Shown piece after piece: positions 53,661 through 64,000 of a DNA stretch of 64,000 nucleotides. The translations under genes and the position numbers were made by a program. The notes beneath the pieces were generated by a model, which saw only the letters and a program-made list of their open reading frames with translations, was not told where the DNA came from and did no database searches. Source of the stretch: Iphione sp. A-MEVVRFRX5 (Eukaryota); the NCBI GenBank assembly GCA_976226885.1, contig OZ320313.1, forward strand, positions 65,038,001-65,102,000. The letters are read 5' to 3'. Each line of letters begins with the position of its first letter. Position 1 is the first letter of the stretch.

Positions 53661-53684
53661 TCTGTCTGTCTGTCTGTCTGTCTG
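53661..53684. repeat. (TCTG)6 microsatellite
   Basis: Read directly. Confidence 0.9.
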
Positions 53685-55734
53685 TTTGAATTTGTCTGTC
53701 TCAGTACCACAAACATGCATTGACCCACTCATCCTTTTACACACATAGCCATTGCTTACAAGCGAGCATTTTACATTTACCGCGACTCAGGCAAACACAC
53801 ACACATCCAGTCGGCTGTTTCCCACCATATCTTATACTTACGCATTGTCTTGCCCCTTCTCCATCGTCGCAAATAATCGAACCTCCCTTTGACTCGCAAA
53901 ATCATGCATGTCCTTTAGGCAGGCATGGCTGTTAGTTCCCACGTCAATGATTTCCATTAAGCCCATCGCGTATTGTCAGTCTTTACGTAAGTCGATAGTT
54001 AAGCGCTGCCATGTCAGCCAATCCTCCGTCTACTCCCACAGAAAGAAATAATGAAACCAGCGGACGCTGCTGACCAATAGAGGCTAATAGCAGCGTTAAT
54101 CTGCCAAACTCTGCACCCACCTCTCTAAACGGGCCGCACGTGAAAGGCTCTCACAGGGAACTATATGGCAGCGAGGCTTATATACGTCTGAGTGTATAGT
54201 ATAAGAGATGTACATTCCTAACATATCATTACATTACACTGCAGATTCCGTGGGAAGTTTTGTTCATGACATGGTAAATGTTCTACCCCAATGGAAAGTG
54301 AGGGTGTGGCCGAAGATGTTAGTCAAAGTCTCCTTTCATGTACACACGGGGCACCTTGGAGTCATTCGAGGTGGACAAAAATAGTTCCAAACAGAGGCGA
54401 TACGAGAAGAGCTCATTAAAATTGTAAAACAACAGTTAAAAAGAACACCCTGGCACAGGAGGAGAAAATGTTTCTTTAGTTGTGAAGATGTTTGAATGGA
54501 TCACTTGGAGTCTTTATATGAAAACTTAATGCCAGAGGGTAGAACTCCCGAAGGACGACTGGCCAGTAGAATATCGCATGACTGAAGGGTAAAGGTTTGC
54601 TGTCTTTGGAGCAGAACTAACTCAGTCAATATGGTCTGGGATTGTTATTTCTCAGCCGGTCAAAGGATTCCCTGTACAAGGAGGGTGTTTTTCCGAAAAT
54701 GGCTGTTTGTCGTGTTGTTTTTTACGCTCTGCATCGTATGGTCTTCATGTGTCTTTGTATAGTCTCCACAGCAAATAGTACAGGTCTACATAGTAAACGA
54801 AATTTTGCGTGACTGTAGAATCAGATGTGTCACATTAATTGCACTGAATTGACTGATTTTCTTTTACATTTAAAGATGTTTATTGCGTAGAGTAGACTCC
54901 ACGAAATCAACAGCCACCAATGATGAAAGGGTAACATTCCCAGAGGTTCATGCTGTTACTTATGGAGTCTAATGGTTAAATGTACATTGGTTGTCACTAA
55001 TTGTCTTCAAGGCAACATTAAAGAGAAATGGTAGCTTTCAAGCATATAGTGGTATAAAATGATAGAAAGATGGAAATCGGCACACTTTAGTACATTGTTT
55101 TATATATATGTATGATAATGCAGTATCCTGAGTTGATAGTGTTTCATTATTTAACCACCCGATGTACTTAATTTTCAAGATAAGCCTCTTATCGGTCCAT
55201 CATTCTTGACCTCATTATTTAAGGAAACAGTTGTAAACATGTGAGAAATCCTCAGATAATACTAAACTGGATACTGGCCAGTTTTAATCTCTCCCTCGTG
55301 TTGGTCTCTTCAGAGGGTTGGCAATACAGTGTAAATGCACATAAATTTTGGCTACATGTATTTAATCTCTTGGTCTTTGTCAAGGTTTGTTCATTTACCT
55401 GGGTTGGTCTTTAATTTTCTATCTCACTTTTTTCCACTACAATATAATTTATCATGTAATTTTCAAAAATACCATTTCTAGTATAGTGTTCAGGTTTCTT
55501 TTACGATGATGGATCATTGAACAGTTTTGTTTATCAGACACCATCACAGCACTATTTTTAGGTATTTTCCCAAACAGTTTACATCACGTGCAGATACATG
55601 TACCTGACAAGCGATACTGCTAAGTATTTGTGGAAACACCGTTTTAAGCAGGCTTCATCTCTGTAAGAAGGTGTTATCGAGTTTGATAATTTATTCAGTT
55701 TAACCATTAACACGTGTCCGGTTGTTTGTTGCAG

Positions 55735-55863
55735 AACAAATCACTTAACGGAGGAGGTAAGAATAAAGAATTGAATAAGACAGAGAATAAAGAGGAAGAA
55801 GGGGAGGATTTCTTTGTCCGCCAAGCCAAACTTCAGGATGAAGCAAGGATGGCCCTGGCCCAG
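55735..55863 (+). CDS. SCHIP1: SCHIP1 coding exon 2 (NKSLNG...EDFFVRQAKLQDEARMALAQ)
   Basis: Acceptor TTGTTTGTTGCAG ends 55734; donor CAG/GTACGC at 55864; 129 nt, phase 0-0. Matches vertebrate DFLTRQKKLQAEAKMALAM. Confidence 0.93.
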
Positions 55864-56895
55864 GTACGCATTTGCCTTTTCTCCTTATTCATATCCATAG
55901 TGTTACTCCGTGCTGTATGATGCCCCACAGTAGAGAGAAATTCCGTCAAATTCAATAAAATAACCCCTCCGTTATACATGCTGAAGTAGAATGCTCAATG
56001 CCACAATAACAGTGCTATCTGAAATGTTTTGCCTACATTGTGTATCATCTTCTTTTATTCTAAATGCACAAACAGAATGTTACTGCCTTTGTCTGTTTGT
56101 TTTCGTGCAACGTGAAAAAGCAGAACAAATATATTACACTTGGCTGCCCGAGAACCGTCCTATAACTCAAAGACGGCATGCTTTATTGTGACAAGATAAT
56201 GAGTTTCACATGCTCCATTTACCTTCTGTATCGGAACTCCGTGTAATTTTTGGGCGTTGAAGTTGCTTTTTTATTGTTGATAACTGTAATAGATTCTTTA
56301 TAGGCAGTTGCACTTTTAATTCTGAGTATGCTATGTATCGTAAGAGGTCCTGTAGAGAGCACTGCAAGTCAGGACGATCGAACATCAGCACTGAGCACAC
56401 TTACTGTCGATAGTTTGCTCAATATCCTCCTTCAGTAAATGAGTTCAGAACTTTGTTTGATTTATGAACAACCCACACTGTTTGTGACAATGTATCCTGG
56501 CATGTCTTTTATCATTAATTCTAATTTTATCCTACTTAACGTTATCTCGTTTTTTTTTGACATTATTGGAAATTATAATATATTCACTTGTGCTGTTTCT
56601 TATTAATGTTGACGTTACGCTTTGTATACATGTATTTAAATGTATTAAGTTCCTTGGAAATTAAGTCATGCTAATACAGTATGTTAGTTGAATTTGCTTA
56701 AGTTACATGTAGATGTCCTAGTATCACCATTATTCCACGTTCTATTAAGACAATCGTGAAGATATATCATGCATTACTGCTTTAATTCAAGTACAGATAA
56801 ATAAACACAGAGATCATTACTTAATACCTGCTTGGTTCCTAGGTTCTATCCTTTCTTTCCCATGTTTAATGCATGTGTCTTTTGTCTTCCCTCAG

Positions 56896-56967
56896 GTTCG
56901 GCCCATGGCACATATGCAACTGGAAGTAGAGAAACAGATGCGTAAAAAGTCGCCCATAGCTGAAATG
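56896..56967 (+). CDS. SCHIP1: SCHIP1 coding exon 3 (VRPMAHMQLEVEKQMRKKSPIAEM)
   Basis: Not in the ORF track. Acceptor TTTGTCTTCCCTCAG ends 56895; donor ATG/GTACAA at 56968; 72 nt, phase 0-0. Matches vertebrate [24 protein letters not shown]. Confidence 0.95.
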
Positions 56968-57475
56968 GTACAATTTTTCATCAGTTAAATCACTCGCTTT
57001 AATTCGAAGCTCGCTGGGCTGTATATCAGATGGGTGTCTCAGCTTACCATCAGCGAAAGAAAGAATTAAAAGAAACTTGAGACTAGTGTAGAAGCACAGA
57101 GGGGGAGGGGATGGAGCGAGAAGGAAACAGACAGACAGGTCCGTTGATTTCTCCTTGTGGTGAATAAGGCCTATTGATGTACCTATGGGACACATGAATG
57201 AATACCCCCCCCCCTGTTGCTTCCATTCCGTACGTTTTTTTTTCTATTTTAGTCTATGCCCGTGATGATGATGAAACGAAAATCCTGCAACCGTTTTGTT
57301 TAACTCCAACCATTCATACCCAGCGATAACTAGTGATAACCCCTAAAAAAAGTTTATGGATGATGATTAGCAGTCATCTAGGATATTTTTACTTTTATAA
57401 CCTCAGATATCCTCACATATATCTGTATATCGTGCTGCAAACTGTTCTCTGATGGCGTCCTCCCCGGTTTTGTAG

Positions 57476-57587
57476 GTCGGTATTCCTGCCCTTGCAGCTA
57501 AGAAAAAACTGGGCCGCTACTTGCTGTCTGATATGAACGTAGCTCAACTACAGGTGGTAGTTAACGACTTGCACACGCAAATAGAGA
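57476..57587 (+). CDS. SCHIP1: SCHIP1 coding exon 4 (VGIPALAAKKKLGRYLLSDMNVAQLQVVVNDLHTQIE)
   Basis: Acceptor GGTTTTGTAG ends 57475; donor GA/GTAAGT at 57588; 112 nt, phase 0-1. Matches vertebrate DMTIGQLQVIVNDLHSQIE. Confidence 0.95.
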
Positions 57588-58539
57588 GTAAGTACAGCTT
57601 TGGATATGTCCAACATCTACGCACCTAGATGTATCATGATTAATTGATTGCCTCTCTGTTTCTCTGTCTTTTAGTAGACTAATTTTAGTAGACTGGTTTT
57701 CAGTGGTGATAACAAATATTTTTGGAGTTTATACTATGGATGCAAGAATGACGTATCGTCCCCCCACCTCATAATAGGAGAGGGGGATTCTAGGTATACT
57801 GCTGTCTGACTGTCCGACCCTTCATCGTGAACTTTTGGGTCTATCTTCTCCTGAAAAAGTATCTCAAATACTATGATTTTTTAAAATATTTTTTTTTTGC
57901 CTTATAGACCCCTATGGCTGGTTTATTTTTGTGTCAGTCCAAGTGGATTAAAGGTCAAATTAATGTCTTGTGGTTGTACACATAGACAGAGACATGGAGT
58001 CAGTCAGTTCATAAAATTCAAGGTATAAAGCTATGTCATAGTCCGCTCATCCATTCATAACTAGTTAGTTACAGTTGATTGCATAGCTAGTGGCGGAGGG
58101 GGCGCAATAGACCTTATATGTCCCCTTCTTGTAATTATTGCTTCTGTTCGTTTTATTGGTTGTGAGAAACACGATTGGTTCCAGGAAATTGCGTCATTAC
58201 AATAAATCTGTGTGACTGTACATGTATTTGGAATTCGTGTTCTGGGGAAGGAACTCCGGCTACTTTAAACCTGTAGCAGCAGCACAACGTTATATGGGTA
58301 CCCCACCTGAAAGGGTTACTCTTATTCTGCCTCATAAAGGGTGTACAGTCTTCTTGGTTGCTCACATTTAATGTGAGGAGAGATACCTTGAGACCACTTT
58401 GAGTGTGGCAGCCTTTGAGAAACTGAAAAACCTATTTGCTTGTGTAGTGCTGTGCTTGATTATCAAAATCATTAATTTAGGCCCGGTTTCCTTACCTGCA
58501 TTGGTGTGTGGCGAGATGCGGTAGAGGTCTGAGTGCATT

Positions 58540-58960
58540 TCCAGTGTGTTTGTGTGCATTGTAATTTTACAGCATAGTGATGCACAGGGGTGTTCCATAC
58601 CTGCATGCGTTTGTGAATGTAAATGAACAGAAAAATGAAAGAAAAACACATAAGAAGTGCCTAAAAATGGCTCATTTCATGGAAAATATGCCAAAATTGT
58701 CTATTTCATGGAAAACAGCCAGAAAAACGGCTTATTTCATGGAAAAGTCTGAAAAATGGCAAAAATGTGCCAAAAAATTCCACAAAAAGACTGACATGTG
58801 CAGACATGTGCAGACATGGCCATAAATCATGTTGAAAATGAAGAATTGTGAAAAATGTGAAGAAATAGAGGTGCGTTGCCATGCATTTGCAGTAAATTTA
58901 TGGTCCCAGACCGAAAATAGTCAACACATGGCAATGCATGGCAATGCACACGGATGGCTG
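58540..58960 (+). repeat. Interspersed repeat copy B, same family, inverted relative to copy A
   Basis: Three ATTTCATGGAAAA sub-repeats about 30 nt apart; shares AAAAATGGCT(T/C)ATTTCATGGAAAA, GCACAGGGGTGT and G(T/C)GTTGC(T/C)ATGC blocks with the reverse complement of copy A. Confidence 0.7.
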
Positions 58961-59708
58961 CCGCAGGCATGGAAACCATGTCACTATAAGCTTATATACC
59001 AGTAATGACGCATAGCAACACATACAATCGCTGATGGACATCACCGCATGTAAGGAAACCGGTCCTTAGTCAAGTCTTGAAGAGACACAGTGTTGAAATC
59101 TGTTGTTTGTTCTAAACTAAAAGCTACTCTATTGTCATATAACCTCGAGGTATCCATTATATATGAGCTTGGTATACAGTCGCTTTAGAGTATGATGTCA
59201 CAAAATTGACTAAAAACCTTCCAACATCTCATTTATTTCCATGGTTTCATCACAGTCGGATCGCTTAGCCACGCACCATGTTGGTGTAATTGGAATTAAT
59301 GTGATCTTGAAGTATAGAGTGGACGTGTTTTTTTTTCAGTATTTGAAGAGTAAAAATACCGTCGTGGGCACAGAATGCCATTGCATCGATGATAATATTT
59401 GAAAAGAAGAAAAATTTGTAATGTTTATTCCCGTTAAATGTTTTTGCACGTTGGCACGTGAAAGTTTCAATATTTATATTTTTGTTTTATTCCTATTTCC
59501 TTGTATCCCGAGAGTTCATAACCTTGTGTTGAGCTGCCTGTAGATTTTTACATTGCAAAATTAATACATGAGAATTACCAAATACTGCCACACCACAAAA
59601 ACAGTGTGAATAGATTCCTTTTGTTCGCAAATTAAGTAGTCTTAATGTTGTACATGATCCAGCATTCGACCTACACATGCTGACAGCTCTATATATTGCC
59701 TTCTGCAG

Positions 59709-59802
59709 CTCTGAATGAAGAGTTGGTGATGATGTTAGTAGCCCGTGACGACCTCCATATGGAGCAGGACTCAATGCTGGTTGATATTGAAGACCACCAC
59801 AG
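59709..59802 (+). CDS. SCHIP1: SCHIP1 coding exon 5, C-terminal coiled coil ((T)LNEELVMMLVARDDLHMEQDSMLVDIEDHH(R))
   Basis: Acceptor GCCTTCTGCAG ends 59708; donor AG/GTGAGC at 59803; 94 nt, phase 1-2. Matches vertebrate [32 protein letters not shown]. Confidence 0.95.
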
Positions 59803-60083
59803 GTGAGCCTAGCAGGTTTTTTTCCCAGTACTTTCTTCGCCTAGATAGCGATTTCTTCCCAACTTGCTGTCTCAACTCGGCAGACTTCTCCTCCACCCAC
59901 ACAAAACATTCCCGATCATAGACCACTCTGCCTTCAACCTTACCTTTCCTCTACCTTCCGATTTGAACTTGGCAAATTTTCTTTAGGTCACCTACGGGAT
60001 TCTCGGTGTGGACCGATTTCCTTAATGGTGACGACCAGTCGGTGATAACCGTTTTTCTTCTAACCATCCGTATCTTGCATCTC

Positions 60084-60279
60084 NNNNNNNNNNNNNNNNN
60101 NNNNNNNNNNNNNNNNNNNNNNNNNNNNNNNNNNNNNNNNNNNNNNNNNNNNNNNNNNNNNNNNNNNNNNNNNNNNNNNNNNNNNNNNNNNNNNNNNNNN
60201 NNNNNNNNNNNNNNNNNNNNNNNNNNNNNNNNNNNNNNNNNNNNNNNNNNNNNNNNNNNNNNNNNNNNNNNNNNNNNNN
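60084..60279. other. Assembly gap (196 N) in the last SCHIP1 intron
   Basis: Run of N. Confidence 1.
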
Positions 60280-60531
60280 TTGGCCTTTACCCGCAGTTAT
60301 TCCTAAACATTTCTCTTTATTTCACAAGCATAAACTGTCATCGAAGCGATAAAAGTCCAACGCGTCATGCAATGTATGTTGACGCAACATTTGGAGAGGA
60401 TATATCAGTTGTGGACGTGTGTTTTCTCATATTGCACTAGAATTGACCCCGAGGGTATAACTCACACATGAAGTTCTACTTAATTGTATGCTGTACTTAA
60501 GAAAAATATCTATTTTTGTCTGTACTTACAG

Positions 60532-60592
60532 ACGTGCACTCGAAGTGGCGGCCAAGGTGAACAAGCCTAAGAGAACTCCCAAGAAGAAGTAA
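60532..60592 (+). CDS. SCHIP1: SCHIP1 probable last coding exon ((R)RALEVAAKVNKPKRTPKKK*)
   Basis: Acceptor TTTTTGTCTGTACTTACAG ends 60531; phase 2 fits exon 5; TAA at 60590-60592. The sequence is not conserved with vertebrates and the preceding intron contains an N gap, so confidence is lower. Confidence 0.75.
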
Positions 60593-61018
60593 GAGGGTCC
60601 CCTCTTTTTCCATGTCTCCCACATTAGATCGGACAAAATAGTCTTTGCGACCTCTCAGCCTGCGAGTCTGCTTTGCAGTATGCTTTGCAGACTTGGCAGT
60701 CTGTGTGGCCAACTGCTTTGCAGAATGCAGGCAACACGGTTCGTAAGTGCCACCGTGTCCTTCATTGAATTTCGTCTCTTTTTTGTGCTGCTCTCTGGTG
60801 TCCAGTCACGAAACTCTAGACTGAAGCCTCCGACCAGGTGGCGCCCCACTGGGTTTGCAAAGCGGTACTGCTGAAGATATGGCAAGCGGCGGCTCCACCT
60901 GGTGTTGGCCTCCAAAAACGCTGCATCACCGGTTCGGCCGGATATTAACCAAACCATGACAATGCTGCCAACTAGTGATGTCCTATATCATCAGTGTTGG
61001 AACTGCGCCTGAGGTGAG

Positions 61019-61024
61019 AATAAA
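61019..61024 (+). promoter_or_regulatory. Candidate polyadenylation signal (AATAAA) for SCHIP1
   Basis: First AATAAA I found after the stop codon, about 430 nt downstream; no transcript evidence. Confidence 0.3.
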
Positions 61025-64000
61025 CTCACACGGCGAATCATAGGACAGTGGAGGAGACTGAAGTATGGAGTGTGAACCACATAGTGCAAATCTTTAATCG
61101 TAGGAGGAAGGCGCCCTGATAGTGTAAAGGACAGTGTGGTCTTCGAAGCAAAACCAGCGAAAGTGCTTTCGTCTAGTTATGAACCATTAACTCATATTTG
61201 CTCATGCTCCTTTTTGGAGTGCTGGTCTGTAAAGAAATAACTGGCCAGTGTGTTAGGTATTAGTGAGGTCACATAGTATAACATTGGTTTGATTTATTTA
61301 ATGTTTACTGGGCCGTTGCTGTCAAGGACGACCGAACTCAAGGTAACCTTGTAGGCGGATAAATGGTTTTGAAAGAATGGAATGTGACCTCGTGTTGTGA
61401 ATGTTTACTGTCTGACAGCTGAACCAGATGTAAATCGACTGAAAGTTATTACCCAGACATATAGAGTTCATATACTGCCCCTTGTCATAACTAAATTAAC
61501 AATGATAATCATCTCAATGTAGTTGCATGAAAAGGTATAGTTTCGTACAGAGGAACATACAAGCGAAACACACATAATCTAACTATATAGATATTTCATT
61601 AATAATTGTTATACTAAGATATTCATCAGCAAATTATTATAGGAAATAATCAATGTTTGTGAACTACTGTTAATGCACATGGCGTAAAATTGCTATTCAC
61701 TTCATTTTTCAGTGACAAAAATGTGGGCACTATATATGAGTGATATACATACATATATATCAACCACATACGCTTATTTGTTTGTAAGTAGATGTGATAG
61801 AGTCACCAGACACATATGTGTATGTGCTTATGTATGTAATGTATATAATCTCTATCAAGGTAAAGGCATATACGAAATTGTTAACTGTGTTGAGATTGAA
61901 TTTGGTGCTGTCACCAACATGGAAGCAGACTATTGTCAAAGCAGCATATGGATAGTGTGGAGAACCTTGGTAAAAGTAAAATGTTTATCTTCAAATATAA
62001 GCATACGTATGTCCCACTTTGCCGATGATCATCGAAATCTTTAATACAAACTCATACCTCTTTATAACATTCACCACCTACCACAACTATGTACCAGTGC
62101 TCATCCAATATCAGAGAAGCGACGTACAGTACATTATATAAGGCCATATATATATATCTGTGTGTGTACATCGTAGACACAGGTTCAACTGAATGTATTA
62201 TACAGTGTATAGTTTTATTTGATGATTGTCCACTGCTAGGCTTCAAAGCCGAATTACATATAAAGATAGCAATTCCAGTCTTGTTGCAGAAGAAAGACCT
62301 GTCAGTGGTTAGATTGCTAATCTGCCTACACCATATGAAATGCTTTAATGATAATAGTTCACCATAGGTCAAATAAGAAGTACTGTAGCCGTCGCTTGAT
62401 TGCAAGCATTTACCAATGTAGGAAAGCCTATTTATACAGCCTGCCCAAACAAATATATGTTACACAACCAGTTGACACTTTGCTGGCGGTACAATGCATA
62501 ATGTGTACAATTTAGCTCCATTGTTCGTATTTCCCAAGTTAAAAATTGTCACCACCTGTGACCCTCAACTCTCAGCAAGCACGTTTATGAACAAACTGGT
62601 CTTAAGCACCACTATCCTCATAATCTTCGGGCACTGACCGTACCGGTTGAAACCGTTATTTGGTAAGGACCTTACAGGATAACGTATTTATAACATAGTT
62701 CATTGATATTATCTTAATATTTATTTCTCGTTTTTATGTGTTCCTCGGACAAGGACTGCCTGCCGTCATCCCCAACAGGCGAGCACTAACACACACAAAC
62801 AGACGCACGCACGCACACACACATGCACGAAATCTCACACGGGAAACGTATCACACGAGTTTATTTACAAAGAAGAAAGGCTAGTCAACAGTCATACGTT
62901 TGGCTGATACCAAAGCATTTTAAATATTGTTCTGTGGCTCTTGGTTATAGAGTTTGGGTGTCGTAGATGACAGTGCCTCAGTGATAGTGCTTAATTCACT
63001 TCCATTATGGTGAAGACAATCGTTTATAAGAGACAAAACGTTAGGTGTTCTGTTTGCAAGAAGCAAGAGAATGGATCGAGTCACCTAGTGTTTTCCGCCA
63101 TAGCCCGATGGACGCAAGTTTCCTTAGACAGTCCTTACCTCTATAAGCTCTAAAACAAACGTTTAGAATAACTGAACAACTTACGTACGTTGCCCTGATG
63201 GAAAGAGGTAACGTCCCAAAGCCAGAAGAATTTGAACCAATGTAGAAGACGAAATCCATTCACTGACTCAGGTTACTTCACTAGTTTGACCCAAATTATT
63301 TCTTCGTGAATAGCTTCGATGCTTATCGGATTCATGATAACATTGTTAATCGTGCTTATCATAATGAGGGTGATACTTTGATTTCAAACTTACATTTCTG
63401 TCAAGTCTTTCCAATATAGTCATTTTGGTCAGTGTATCTTTGAATTATTTAGAAAAGTATACGATATTCTTACCTTACTACGAGTGATACTTAGTACATA
63501 CACTGCACAGTGATGCTGGAACCTTCCAGGTCTGCTAGCTTTGGGAAAATCTTTACGTTAACTGACAGCAGTACACGATCAACATAGGTATAGAAGGGAA
63601 CAGACCCACCCAGTTGTGATCAAATACCGATTCAGTTCTTCTATGGTGCAGGCCAGTTCCTTGTTGTCATAGATAATTATTTCACTCATATTGGAAAGCA
63701 ATGTGCTTACTGGTAACACAGACCTTTAGAGAAAAAAAACATGGCTGTCAGTAGTAATTCCCTTTAAACGATGACAAGGTGATTTTATATATACTCCCAG
63801 CTAAGAGCCTTTTCTTGTATTTCATTCTGGGGTCGTACCGGTACCTTGGGGTGACTGTAATGGCTTCTATCCATGCAATGTCGGCATCTATGTGAATTTC
63901 TACAGTTTATATTACCTTGATATATATTTTGAGTGCCTAGATATTTGTTTGTAAACCAAAAGGTAGCTCATGGGATGTGCATATACATGTACATGTATAA

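Larger units (their letters stand above)
9527..55734 (+). other. 46,208-bp first intron of SCHIP1
   Basis: GT at 9527, AG ending 55734, phase 0 on both sides. The spacing of conserved blocks needs no extra exon. The other introns are 1032, 508, 2121 and 729 nt. Confidence 0.75.

Noticed and set aside
1-64000. tRNA genes, tRNA-derived SINEs, rRNA, intact LINE/LTR or endogenous DNA virus
   Set aside because: No paired A/B boxes or cloverleaf and no intact RT, integrase, transposase, polymerase or capsid motifs recognised by eye; highly decayed copies could have been missed.

Overview
Eukaryotic animal genomic DNA (about 40-45% GC by eye, two short N gaps). It most resembles an amphioxus/Branchiostoma-type invertebrate deuterostome; this is inferred from protein divergence and repeat style, not proven. 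One intact gene can be reconstructed on the + strand: a schwannomin-interacting protein 1 (SCHIP1) homologue in six coding exons (7322-9526, 55735-55863, 56896-56967, 57476-57587, 59709-59802, 60532-60592). All introns are GT-AG with compatible phases, giving about 890 aa. A 2.2-kb first coding exon encodes a long disordered N-terminal extension with a 7-residue repeat. It is followed by a 46.2-kb intron holding MITEs, tandem duplications, decayed coding-like islands, a clustered set of CTCF-like motifs and a degenerate hammerhead-like motif. The first 1.3 kb looks like a decayed, intron-containing gene. The palindrome TACATGTA, identical to the classic Tc1 excision footprint, is roughly tenfold over-represented. 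No tRNA, rRNA, CRISPR array or intact autonomous transposon was found. Most short ORFs in the track look spurious. I cannot demonstrate a new biological system here; the findings are ranked leads.
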